A stretch of 62,962 bases of DNA, counting the filler, from Collodictyon triciliatum (lineage: Eukaryota): NCBI GenBank assembly GCA_043381765.1. It is 13 parts of 13 records of this genome, joined end to end, with 100 filler letters (N's around TTAATTAATTAA, not from the genome) between each part and the next. Parts side by side here need not be neighbours in the genome. Positions count along the whole stretch, not along the records: positions 14,518 to 19,389 come from JBHJMP010005804.1; positions 19,490 to 24,234 come from JBHJMP010005805.1; positions 24,335 to 29,075 come from JBHJMP010005806.1; 10 more parts are not named here. One strand, 5' to 3'. The notes under the pieces were generated by a model that was not told the origin of the DNA, made no database searches, and saw only the letters and a program-made list of their open reading frames with translations. Positions 14,615 to 27,300 of the stretch are shown here, piece after piece (the stretch's first letter is position 1; each line of letters starts with the position of its first letter). The translations under genes were made by a program, and so were the position numbers.

Positions 14615-14838
14615 ACAAAAGGGCTGAACAGAGCAGAACGAGACGCAGCGAAAGTGAGATGAATCAGAACATAACAGAGCTGCTCAAAACAAAAGAGAGA
14701 ATATGTGAGATAAGAAAAAGAAAAAGAAAAAGAAAAAGAAAAAGAAAAAGAAAAAGAAAAAGAAAAAGAAGCACAATAATCCTTTGGAAAGCAAAGAGAA
14801 AGCTACATCAACACTCTGCTGCCTGCTCATTCTTGCAG

Positions 14839-16261
14839 ATGAAGACAACGGGACTGTGTACATTCGTCCTAGCATGCTGCTTGCTTCCTGCACTTGTTCG
14901 GGCTGTGCCAATATCCTTCGAGTCCCACGAGGCAAAGGAAACTGTTCTGCCCGACTCCATTAAAGTGGAAAACATAGTTGCCCATTTGAAGGCTTTGCAG
15001 GTAATCAATAAGAAGTAGCAATACATGCGGCCATTTATGATCCCATAACTTCCCATTCTTGTTCTTGTTCTTGTTCTTGTTCTTGTTCTTGTTCTTGTTC
15101 TTGTTCTTGTTCTTGTTCTTGTTCTTGTTCTTGTTCTTCTCTCTTTTCTCTTTTCTCTTTTCTCTTTTCTCTTTTCTCTTTTCTCTTTTCTCTTTTCTCT
15201 TTTCTCTTTTCTCTTTTCTCTTTTCTCTTTTCTCTCATGCACCTGCCCAATATCCGAGTCTTTCTCATGATCTCTTGCAAAAGGACATCGCCTACCTGCC
15301 GGCCTACAATGGAACACGATCGATCGCCGCTGGCTACAACGCCTCGGCAGATTACATCATCCAGCAGCTTTCGCGGAACACACCTTGCATCATTACTCGT
15401 CAATACTTTACGGTATTATTATTTAAATAAGTCTGATAGGATATTTCACTTGAACAAAAAAAAACTTTATTACGTGCTTTTTTCTTTAATGTTCCATCTA
15501 TTTTCTAACTTGTTTTTATTTTTTTGACCATATTTCTTTTTAACTGAATTATGATGATTTGGGCCACTCCCTTCTTGGAGTTGATGTCATGTGAACTTGT
15601 GATAGATGAAAGTTGGAAACTTGTCACTGGAAAACTCACTCGTAATTATTTTTTTATTTAATTATTAATTTATCTAGGTAGCTGTCTGGACAGAGACACA
15701 GCAGGCTTCTCTTAGCCTTCAGTCACCACTATCAGTAAGCGTATATATATATATATATATATACATTTCTTCTACGCCATGAGCAAATTATTTCCCCATC
15801 GAACTCGTATAGCCATATCATAAACGATATTATATATATATATCCTACCATCTAGGTTGTCTTCAAGTATGGACAAGATTTTGGACCTTTGCGCTACGGT
15901 GGAAACGGAAAATATGCCATCACCGCGCCAATCCAGTTCGTTCAAAATGGCTGCAATGACTCTGATTGGACAGGTTTTGCTGCTGGAAGTATAGCTCTCG
16001 TTCAGCAAAACTCTCTCTGTGAAGACTACATCAAGGCCTTCAATGCTGAAAAGGTAAGGACAGTCATGAGCCCAAAATCGATGTGCATCCAATATATTTG
16101 CAACATATGGATCCATATATGAAGCAACAGTGCTCGATTCTCTACTCTCTCTCTCTCTCTCTCTTCATAACAAATGAATTATTCTTTAACTAAAACCTGA
16201 CCACAGTACTACAAATAATCTGTTTTCTTTGAGCTGAACTTGATACGTTCATATTCCTTTT

Positions 16262-16323
<62 letters not shown>

Positions 16324-18270
16324 TACATCACCACTTTTAATTATCATGTTATTGCTAATAATACCGTAACTTCAAGTATGGTGCCATTGGATTTCTGCTT
16401 TTCAATGTTGCGGGCTCGTCAGGATATACCTCAGCCCGTCTCCGCGATAGAGAATGGAAGGATGGAGACAGACTCGTTCAAATACCATCGTTGGCTTTGA
16501 CCTATACCACTGGACAGGTAATAATTCATACACGTATAAATGATTGAAACATGCTCCCGATATGCAACAATATTTGACAAACTAACAGCATGCAATAAAA
16601 TTACTAAAATATGTAGACATTTAAACTTTTACTTTTATACATATATATACCCACGTTTATCCATGGTATATAGGTTCTGATTGGTTTTGGAAGTTCTGCA
16701 GTCATCTCAATCAACTTCAACTCTGCTACCACTTACCATAATACCTTTAACGTGCTGTGCGATACAGTGTCTGGAAATGAAAGCGATGTACTTATGATTG
16801 GTGCTCATCTCGACAGTGTCCCAGAAGGACCTGGTAATATTAGTTACCTCTACACTTCAGTTTATTTGTTTTACTTTTCCTTCTTTTTTTTTCCCCTCAT
16901 ATTTCTATCCAGAATTATGATTCTCATATTACACGTACTATCCCACCGTTGGGGCCATACATGTTTAATCAAGTACCATCTAAAGAACTTGTAATTAATT
17001 GCTAGGGTTGGTTGACAACGGATCGGGCTCTTCAGCTCTCTTGGAAGTAGTCCTGCAGTTTTTCAAGAGTGGAATTCGTCCAGTGCGAAGAGTAAGGTTC
17101 GCGTGGTGGGGAGCTGAAGAAATTGTAGGACTTGGATAATACTCTACAATTTTCTTTTTCCTGTCTCCCTTCAATCTTTTCTGATCTTTTCTGTACCATT
17201 TTTGACTTACTTTGACTTTGACTTACTTTGACTTACTTTGACTTTGACTTACTTTGACTTACTTTGACTTTGACTTACTTTGACTTACTTTGACTTACTT
17301 TGACTTACTTTGACTTACTTTGACTTACTTTGGCTTACTTTGACTTACTTTGGCTTACTTTGACTTACTTTGGCTTACTTTGACTTACTTTGGCTTACTT
17401 TGATTTATTTCGTTTCGTTTCAAGAAGACACAAACATACTCCTGGTTTTTTTTATTCTTCCTTTCAATTTTGTGCAGGATGGTGAAGATACAAACATACT
17501 CCTGGTAGTATTGGATAATCTAGAACATTGGTCTCTATAGGGGCTTCTTGGATCTCGGCATTATGTTCGCAATCTCAGCAATGCCGATCCAGTTGGTCTT
17601 AGCCGACTTTCCCTTTACATTAATTTTGACATGGTCGCAAGCCCAAATGCAGTGCGATATGTATGTGAACACATATTTGGATATACATCTTAGTCTTTTT
17701 TTCTCTTGTCCTCTTCTCCTTAATTCGAAATATGTGTAATATTCTCAAGAAATGATGTCTGTCCTCCATGGCACAAATCCATCATGAAATTACAAACGTA
17801 TTTATCTCCTGTATTATTTCCTTCGGGATATAGTCGCTGATGTCCATGCTGTTTCAACCTAGGTCCTTGACGCCAATTCTGCCCCACCCGTTGCCCAACC
17901 CGGTGCTTTCTTGATTCAGAGGGTACAACTCTTCAAATACGTGTCATATTCATGGTCTTAAGTCTATATTTGTACTCACATAACCCCTCCTCGCGTTCTT
18001 TTACTTTGTCCGTTTGGAAAAAAAACAAAAACAAACATTTCCATATGTAACCCTCCTCTGTCATCCTCATTGCTTTTGTCTCTTACTTTTATTTTATTTT
18101 CTCATCGAAGACATTCGAGGATTACTTCAACAAGAACGGACTTGTCTACACGTTCTCTGGAATGAGCACAGGGTCAGATTACTACCCTTTCCTTGCTGCA
18201 AATATCCCCGCTGGCGGCCTCTTTACGGGTGCAGGCTCGATCAAGGTGACTTACAGATCCGATATTACCC

Positions 18271-18369
<99 letters not shown>

Positions 18370-18829
18370 TACCCCTTTCATTTATATTTACTTCTATTCA
18401 TAAATCAAATGTGATACATTTTCTCATTTTCACTTTTTATTTTTGCGTCTTTTTTATTTTATGATTCACAATCACTTTCGCTTGAGCCATCTGTCCTTTG
18501 TTAATGCCCTAACCAAGGCCAAACCCAGACCCAACACCCCTGTCTTGCATCGACTTTGCATTTCTTTTGTGTCTATCTATCGCCTTGCGTCCTCACGTGC
18601 TCAACCAAACAACCACCAAACCACTTTGCAAACCCTCACGCGAAATCCATGGCCATAGACCGCCCAGCAGCGCACAACCTTTGGCGGCATCGCCAGTGCC
18701 GCGTACGACCCGTGCTATCATCAGCCCTGCGACACGCTTGAAAACATCGACCAGGCGTATCTTCTGCAGAACGCAAAGGCCGCCGCCCACGCTCTCGAGA
18801 CGCTGTCCTTAACGCCAAAGACACACTAA
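14839..18829 (+). CDS. Secreted M28 family aminopeptidase with PA domain (aminopeptidase Y / SGAP-like), about 11 exons
   Basis: Signal peptide; GAHLDSVPEGPG, DNGSGS, RFAWWGAEEIGLLGS, YINFDMVASPN, GSDYYPF, IPAGGLFTGA, YDPCYHQPCDT; stop at 18827-18829. Confidence 0.95.
17201..17405. repeat. (TGACTTACTT)n 10-bp minisatellite in an intron
   Basis: About 20 tandem copies with TGGC variants. Confidence 0.9.
17447..17489 (-). mobile_element. 5'-truncated LINE 3'-end insertion with 17-bp TSD, intronic
   Basis: Reverse complement ATCTTCACCATCCTGCACAAAATTGAAAGGAAGAATAAAAAAA, flanked by ACAAACATACTCCTGGT at 17430-17446 and 17490-17506. Confidence 0.92.
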
Positions 18830-19297
18830 GCAGCAGCAGCAGCAGCAACAACAGGAGGCCTTCTCTTCCAGCTCGTTTGGAATAAAGATGCCCTTCCGAT
18901 TGGAAGCTGCTTGCCAAAAGGGCTGCAACTGGCATCACGAAAAGATTACAAGGGGTGATGTTGGCGTGATAAGGTGATTGAGCTGTCAATGAAAGGGGCG
19001 GGTTTGATCTGTCTTGTGTCGATTCAGTCGCCCGTGAATCAGGGACGAAAGACAGAGCCCAATCACGCTGCTGAAACATTCAAACTCACAACTTTATCGG
19101 CCCTCGCTCGGGGCGTTGTGAAGGGCAGAGTCTGCGGGCATATGGAATCTGCGTTAGAGCACACAAAGGAAGGCGAAGAGCAGGCGAGCTCTTGCAAAGA
19201 CTGCCCAAATAAAAGCCAGGCAAGCCGCTTCTTTTATCTTTCTTCTCTCTTTTTCCTTTTTTCCTTTTTTCCTTTTTTTTTCTTTCTTCCTTTTTTT

Positions 19298-19389
<92 letters not shown>

Positions 19390-19878
19390 NNNNNNNNNNN
19401 NNNNNNNNNNNNNNNNNNNNNNNNNNNNNNNNNTTAATTAATTAANNNNNNNNNNNNNNNNNNNNNNNNNNNNNNNNNNNNNNNNNNNNTCAATATCAAT
19501 ATCAATATCAATATCAATATCAATATCAATATCAATATCAATATCAATATCAATATCAATATCAATATCAATATCAATATCAATATCAGTATCAGTATCA
19601 TTTTTATATTTATATTTATTTCCTTCACTACCCGAGCCATACAGGGCTGAGGGCGAATAACAGACCTTAATTTGTTAAGAAATCATCCCATCCACTTAAT
19701 CCCACACCCACAGAACACTTTGTCTCCTTTCAGCCATAATCGACCCCAGAGAGCACAGACCGGAACATATATTTGTATTGGTATCGATAACAGAACAGGA
19801 GGAGGAAAAAGAGAATAGAAGACCTCACAATTTTTGCGACTTTACGCCTACCAAATAATCATTGATTGGAACGGATAG

Positions 19879-20990
19879 CTATGCACTGCTGCAGACGTCC
19901 TGAAGGAGATAAGTAGGAGCGCCGTGGGCGCAAGCGTGCCTGTCCGTGGGGGCTAATGAGTCGGCAAAGAGTGCCCACCAGATGCCGACGAGGCCGATGC
20001 AAAGGTCGGGCAAGAAAGGGAGGCGTAAGGCCAGGGGTTCGCCAGAGATATGGCGACGAGCGAGTAGCCGAGAAGATACCAGACAGCAACCAGACAGTGA
20101 CGGCCCAGGCCGCGATACCTTGCAGCCTGTCAGCAATGTGTAAGAGGGCGCCGACTGGGATGAGGGCAGCCGTTTGTCGCTGGTGAAGGCCACAGGCACA
20201 TAGACGCGTGTGAGATGGATTAGGGTCGCAACGAAGGGCAGCAGCACAAGTCCGACAAGGACAGCCACGCAGATGGCCAGCGCCACGTATAGCAGGATGC
20301 AGACGGTCAGGAGGATGACGCGGGCATCAAGCGCAACAATGTCACCCGCCGCCTCGGCCAGAATCACGGCTCCTTGGAAGCTTGACACCTCCAGCGCAGC
20401 CATGACTCGGCTGCTACCTCACATAATACGTCCATCTGTCACACCCACCAAGCAAAGCTCGCTCTGAGCATCGTGCGCGTCAGAGACGTGGCCATAGCTG
20501 TGCCTGTGAGCCCGAGTTCCGCAGCGCAGATGAGTGCATAGTTTGCTAGGATGTTGAAGAGGTTGGCAGCAAGGCCCAGGGCCAGACACGGAGCCATACG
20601 GCCTTGCGCATGCTGGTGCTCCTGCAGGACCGTGGACACAACGAGAAACGATACCCCGGAATCAGCCAGAGGCAGAAATCGCCCGTCAGCCGCGCAATGG
20701 CAGCATCGTGTCCCCAGCATGTCGAGATAGGTGCTCACGCCGACGCAAAAGAACCACGACAGTTTGAACCATGTGTTGCCCAGCGCTGCTGCTGCCAGCT
20801 CATTCTTGCCTTGGTGCCCACCATCATCTGGTCCGTAGTATGCAGTAGAGTCAGTAGCAGATTTGTCAATACTGTGGGGATTTCGAGGTGGAGCAGTTGC
20901 TTCAGCTCCGCCCGAGTCTCCTACCCAGGCCCCCTTCTGTGTCGCGGTGCTCTGTGTCTTTGTTCGCTTGCTGGTCGTCGCTGTCGTCAT
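19879..20990 (-). pseudogene. MATE (MatE) efflux transporter pseudogene
   Basis: GHQGKNELAAAALGNTWFKLSWFFCVGVSTYLDML, VLQ...AQGRMAP...ANLFNILANYALI...LGLTGTAMATSL, MAALEVSSFQ...ALDA. Split over two frames and much shorter than a 12-TM MATE. Confidence 0.7.
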
Positions 20991-21101
20991 TGTCCGGGTA
21001 CTCGCTGCTCAGCATTCTGCGTGGATGGGTATCTTACTTCTCCTTTTCGGAGGTGAGACTTTGTAATATGCGCGATGTGGCGTATGACTTATTCGGGGTT
21101 C

Positions 21102-21990
21102 ATTTTTTTTCTTCCTTTCAATTTTTTTTTTCTTCCTTTCATTTTTGTGCAGGATGGTGAGGATGTTGGCTCTGGTTCGCTAGTCATCGTTTGCATGGAC
21201 GCTACTTGGTGGCTGGTTGGCGGAGAAGTAGTCGGTAATCAGGAATTGCATCCTGCGGTTTGGCCTGTAGCCTGGGTCTTGTGCTTGCATGAGACAGACA
21301 AGGCGAGGTTGAATCTCCTTCTCAGCCTCTTTCCACATGTCTCTTCTCACGGGGTCAGAGTAGTAGAGAACGTGCAGGTGGCGAAGAAAGCTATTGAGGA
21401 AAAAGATTTGTATGATGTCATCCAGCCTATTATCAGGAATGGGTGGCTGGTTGTTGACTCTTCCTTTGCGTGAGTATATGCGCGCTATCCACATAGCCCA
21501 TAGCAAATGGCCTCGCGTTACTGCCCAGAATGTTTTTGCATCTGGACGCAGCTGTTGCAGAGGCCCAAATATCGCCTGGATTGGGCCAACAGCCGCAGCC
21601 GTCTTGAGTGTCAGTCGGAGAATCTCGCCGGCTGTTTCGCGCAGGTTTTGAGTGAAGAGACATTGCACAAATGTGTTCTCAATGGATTCATCACCGTTGC
21701 TGCAAGGTGTGCATTGTTGGGAGACTTTGCCAGCGTTTGCCGCGCGTGTGCCTATCCATAGCTCCCTATTGGTGATATTAAGAATTAGAGAGTGGTGATT
21801 TGGAAGGACTTGCAGGGTTCGCGATTGTCTCCAGCTCGCCGTGAGCGGGGTGTGGGTGATACCCAGTGTTTCCCCCCGCCGTGCAATCGGACGAATACTA
21901 AAGAAACAAAAACCACCTGGCAAGAAACTTGCATACCGAGTGAGTTCGACTTGTCTCAACCGACTCGACAATGTTCGCAGTCTTTATATG
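21102..21990 (-). mobile_element. Non-LTR retrotransposon (L1/Tx1-like LINE) 3' fragment: ORF2 C-terminus with zinc knuckle, short 3' UTR and A-tail
   Basis: ORF 21971-21180 has CTPCSNGDESIENTFVQC (zf-RVT-like) and LLWAMWIAR. The stop is followed by CGAACCAGAGCCAACATCCTCACCATCCTGCACAAAAATGAAAGGAAG-poly(A), the same sequence found in five TSD-flanked short inserts. Confidence 0.85.
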
Positions 21991-22204
21991 GTATCATGTG
22001 CCCTTTGTCCGAATAGCTCCCAGGGAAGCAGGAAAAAAGTATAGATTTCGCCACGATAATGGAAGCTCGAAGAGAATAATATCTCACTTTTATTTCCAGG
22101 GTTATTCCGAAGCGAAATCAAAGATATCAGCGAAGCACGAGAAAGGACAGGAGCGGAAAAAGAAAAGAAAAAGAAAAGAAACTAGGCAGACTTAATAAGT
22201 AGAA

Positions 22205-23533
22205 TTAGTTCTGTGCTATGGTGTAGTTGAAGAAATCGTAAGCGCCAAGAACAGTGATACTTTTGTCTAAACTGTTTGCATACTCAACTATTTCTGGGAT
22301 ACTGACGGTTTTCTTGGAGCCAGGATTGGAACGAACCTGTTTCAAAGAAAAATCTTAAAGTTTGTATGATACATTTTGTGTATTACTTGATGAAAAGAGA
22401 AAATATTAAGAAGCAAATTGAAAAGGCCAAAATATACGGATTTACTTGTGGAACGGGTCCAAAAAAAAAAAGATATAATAGGACGAAGGGACTCTTATGG
22501 GGTGAATTATGAACGCATATTTTTTGAAACCTCAAAACTCACCACTTTGTCAGAGTATCTGCTAGAGAAGTGAAAAAGGATCAAGACCTTCGCTTTAATC
22601 CTCTATTATGTAATTATGCGGCAACTTTAAAGAGAATACTTTGAGGATGAAGATACGAGATGAAATCAAACCATAATAGGTATTGGTGCGGTATTTGATG
22701 GTACACCAAAGTTCTCGAATGCAAAGAAGAAAGAAAAAGAAAAAGAAAAAGAAAAAGAAAGATTGCGATGAGAATTTTCCCATTCAAAGTGACTTAATCC
22801 TTACCTTGGCATACTCGACCGCCATGACATTGGTGGAGTGCTTGATGGCAGGGATTCTATGCGCCATGTCATAGTGAAAGGTGGCTTCGTGGACCAAGAC
22901 ATCGATGGACGCAGGCAGAGGAAAGTCTGCCAGAAGCAGGCTATCGGAATTCGCGGTGTCTCCCAAAAGCACGGCGCTCTGCTGCCGGCCGCTCTCCGTC
23001 TCCCTCCGCAGCACAAAATACCCGTGCGACGTGACAGAGTGGAGGAGAGGGAAGGCGTGGACGGCCACGGAGGAGCGGGACAAAGCCAGTGTGGCGACAA
23101 GCTGGACGTGCGTCTCGCCTTCGCCGGCCGGCCGAGCCTCGGACCCTTGCGGCGCAGGGAGGGTTGTCTCGTGGATCTCCACGCCAAAGGACAGCGCGAC
23201 CTGCATGTAGCAGAAGGTCTGGTCGAGCAGCCGCTTCAGGCCGGCCGGCCCGTACACGCGAAGAGGCTCCTGCCGGCCCGCAAACAGCTCCTCCGACAGA
23301 AGCTCCAGAAGGCCCGCCACGTGGTCGCCGTGCATGTGCGTGATAAAGATCGCCTGCACTTGCGCTGGTTGGAAAGGACAGCGCTTGTCCACAACCTGTC
23401 TGAACGATCCGGTGCCGCAGTCGATCATGATCACCGGGGCTCCTTCGTCTTGATCAAAGATGAGTCCGTAGCATTGGCAGCCCCGTGTGTCTTTTGACAG
23501 GCCCGCGTTTGTGCCCAGAAACACCACCTTCAT
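22205..23533 (-). CDS. Short tRNase Z / ElaC-like metallo-beta-lactamase phosphodiesterase; exons 23533-22805, about 22602-22546, about 22336-22205
   Basis: FLGT, IDCG, IFITHMHGDH, VYGP, HSVTSHGY, LGDT, DVLVHEATF, HST and, in the next exon, LILFHFSSRY; last exon ends ...VLGAYDFFNYTIAQN*. Confidence 0.9.
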
Positions 23534-23982
23534 TGCTTTGTCTGCCTCTCTTGTGTCGGCTCTGCTGGTGTTCTCTTTCGAGTGGTTTGTGTTGTGCGTT
23601 TTGTTGGTGTTCTCTTTCGGGTGGTTTATGTTGTGCGTTTTGCTGCGAAGGACTCGTGGTGAGTCGGGCTGCTTATATCTCGGGGTTGACTTTGTTCCTT
23701 GGGATTCTGAGTATGGACTTGGATGATATGCGATAAATTTTTGCGATTATTTGGGTTTAAATGCATATACAAGAGTATGTGAGATATGGTGCTTTCTGCT
23801 ATTCAAATATGATGATTTATTTTCCACGTTTGTATATTATGGGAAGATTCTGGAATGCAGTTGGAATGTCTTTGTGTTTGCTGTGTTGCGTGGGGTTGGG
23901 GCTAATCGGAAATTGTGTGGTGTGGGTTTGTATAATGGGCTGATGGTCTCAAGTGAAGATTTATTGTATACAATCTTGCTAT

Positions 23983-24062
23983 CATGCAAACGATGGCTAG
24001 CGAACCAAAGCCAACATCTTCACCATCCTGCACAAAATTGAAAGGAAGAATAAAAAAAAAAA
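23983..24062 (+). mobile_element. 5'-truncated LINE 3'-end insertion (about 80 bp) with 15-bp TSD
   Basis: CATGCAAACGATGGCTAGCGAACCAAAGCCAACATCTTCACCATCCTGCACAAAATTGAAAGGAAGAAT-poly(A) matches the end of the 21 kb LINE including its stop codon; ATACAATCTTGCTAT at 23968-23982 and 24063-24077. Confidence 0.93.
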
Positions 24063-24103
24063 ATACAATCTTGCTATGACCACAATAGCTGGTGATGGAA
24101 GCG

Positions 24104-24175
<72 letters not shown>

Positions 24176-24334
24176 TTCTCATTCTCACTCAATGATTCGT
24201 GCAGCAGAATGGAGCACCTCATTGTTTATTCCTANNNNNNNNNNNNNNNNNNNNNNNNNNNNNNNNNNNNNNNNNNNNTTAATTAATTAANNNNNNNNNN
24301 NNNNNNNNNNNNNNNNNNNNNNNNNNNNNNNNNN

Positions 24335-27300
24335 TGAATGTCTTTTGGGAACTTACAACCCAGGGTATGAAAAAGAAAGCAATATGTCATGCATAGAGTG
24401 CCCAGTAGGAACTTTTGGTAGTTTTGATAGACGCGAATGCATGTCATGTCCAGCTGGTACATACAACATTAAAACTGGCTCATTTGATGAATTATCATGT
24501 ATTTCATGTAGAAATGGAAGCTACAGCTCAGAAAGAAGCTCGTCATGCACATTATGTTCACCAGGATTCTATCAAAAAGAAGGTATCTCAAAAGACCCAA
24601 AATCATGTTATGCTTGTCCAAAAGGCTCATTCAACTCAAACTCCGGCTCTTATGGAAACAAATCATGCATTAAATGCCCACAAGGCACTTGGAATGATAG
24701 AGATGGTCAAGCATCATGCACATCATGTCCAGCTGGTACATTCAACGGTAAGGCTGGTTCATTTGACCAGTCATCCTGCATTTCATGTTCAAACGGAAGC
24801 TACAGCTCAGAAAGAGGCGCATCATGCAGCTTATGCTTATCAGGATTCTATCAAAAAGAAGGAATCGCAAAAGACTCGAAATCATGCTACGCTTGTCCAA
24901 AAGGCGCATTCAACTCAAACTCCGGCTCATATGGAAATTTATCATGCATTGAATGTCCACAGGGCACTTGGAATGATAGAGATGGTCAGGCATCATGCAC
25001 ATCATGTCGAGCGGGTACATTCAACAACAAAACGGGCTCATTCAATCAATCATCATGCATTTCATGTCCAAATGGAAGCTACAGCTCAGAAAGAAGCGCA
25101 TCATGCAGTCTATGCTTATCAGGATACTATCAAAAAGAAAATATCACAAAAGACTCTAAATCATGCTATGCTTGTCCCAAAGGCACATTAAACTCGAACT
25201 CCGGCTCATATGGAAACAAATCATGCATTGAATGTCCACAAGGTACTTGGAATGATAGAGATAGCCAAGCGTCGTGCATATCATGTCCAGCTGGTACATT
25301 TAATAATAAAACTGGCTCATTTGATGAATCATCTTGCATTTCATGTCCAAATGGAAGCTATAGCTCAGTTGATGGCGCATCATGCAGTTTGTGCTTATCA
25401 GGATTCTATCAAAAAGAAGGAATCATAAAAAACTCAAGCTCATGCTACACCTGCCCAAAAGGCACATTCAACTCAAACTCCGGCTCATATGGCAACAAAT
25501 CATGTATTGAATGTCCACAAGGTACTTGGAATGATAAGGATGGTCAAGCGTCATGCACATCATGTCCAGCTGGTACATATAACAATAAAACAGGTTCATT
25601 TAACCAATCATCATGTATTTCATGTCCTAATGGGAGCCATAGCTCAGAAAGAAGCGCATCATGCAGCTTATGCTCTTCAGGATTCTATCAAAATGGAGGA
25701 ATCATAAAAGACCCGAAATCATGCTACGCTTGTCCAAAAGGCACATTCAACTCAAACTCCGGCTCATATGGAAATATATCATGCATTGAATGTCCAAAAG
25801 GCACTTGGAATGATAGAGATGGTCAAGCGTCATGCACATCATGTCCAGCTGGTACATATAACAATGAAACTGGTTCATTCAATCAATCCTCATGTATTTC
25901 ATGTCCTAATGGGAGCCATAGCTCAGAAAGAAGCGCATCATGCAGCTTATGCTCACCAGGATTCTATCAAAAAGAAGAAATCATAAAAGACTCTAAATCA
26001 TGCTATGAATGTCCAAAAGGCTCATTCAACTCGAACTCCGGCTCATATGGCAATAAATCATGTACTGAATGTCCACAAGGTACTTGGAATGATAGAGATG
26101 GTCAAGCATCATGCACATCATGTCCAGCTGGTACATTCAACAATAAAGCTGGCTCATATAATCAATTATCGTGCATATCATGTCCAAAGGGAAGCTACAG
26201 CTCAGAAAGAAGCGCATCATGCAGTTTGTGCTTATCAGGATTCTATCAAAAAGAAGATATCAGAAAAGACCCAAAATCATGCTACGCTTGTCCAAAAGGC
26301 ACATTCAACTCAAACTCTGGCTCATATGGCAATACATCATGTATCGAATGTCCACAAGGCACTTGGAATGATAAGGATGGTCAGGCATCATGCATATCAT
26401 GTCCAGCTGGTACATTCAACAATCGAACCGGCACATACAATCAATCATCATGTATTTCATGTCCAAACGGAAGCTACAGTTCAGAAAGAAGCGCATCATG
26501 CAGTTTGTGCTTATCAGGATTCTATCAAAAAGAAGGAATCACAAAAGACTCACAATCATGTCGTGCTTGTCCGAAAGGTACATTTAACTCAAACTCCGGC
26601 TCATATGGAAACGTATCATGTATCGAATGTCCACAAGGTACTTGGAATGACAGAGATGGTCAAGCATCATGCACATCGTGTCCAGCTGGCACATTCAACA
26701 ATAAAACTGGCTCGTTTAATGAATCATCATGCATTTCATGTCCAAATGGGAGCTACAGTTCAGAAAGAAGCGCATCATGCAGCTCATGTTCATCAGGATA
26801 CTATCAAAAAGAAGACATCATAAAAGATTCAAAATCATGCTATGCTTGTCCAAAAGGCTCATTCAACTCAAACTCCGGCTCATATGGAAACAAATCATGC
26901 ATTGAATGTCCAAAAGGTACTTGGAATGATAGAGATGGTCAAGCATCATGCACATCATGTCCGGCTGGTACATTCAACGATAAAACTGGCTCATTCAACG
27001 AATCTTCATGTATTTCATGTTCAAATGGAAGCTACAGCTCAGTTGGAAGCGCATCATGCAGCTCATGTTCATCAGGATACTATCAAAAAGAAGACATCAT
27101 AAAAGATTCAAAATCATGCTATGCTTGTCCAAATGGCACATTCAACTCAAACTCTGGCTTATATGGAAACAAATCATGTATTCGATGTCCACAAGGTACT
27201 TGGAATGATAGAGGTGGTCAAGCATCATGCACATCATGTCCAGCTGGTACATTCAACAACAGAACCGGCTCATTCAATCAATCATCGTGCATTTCGTGTC

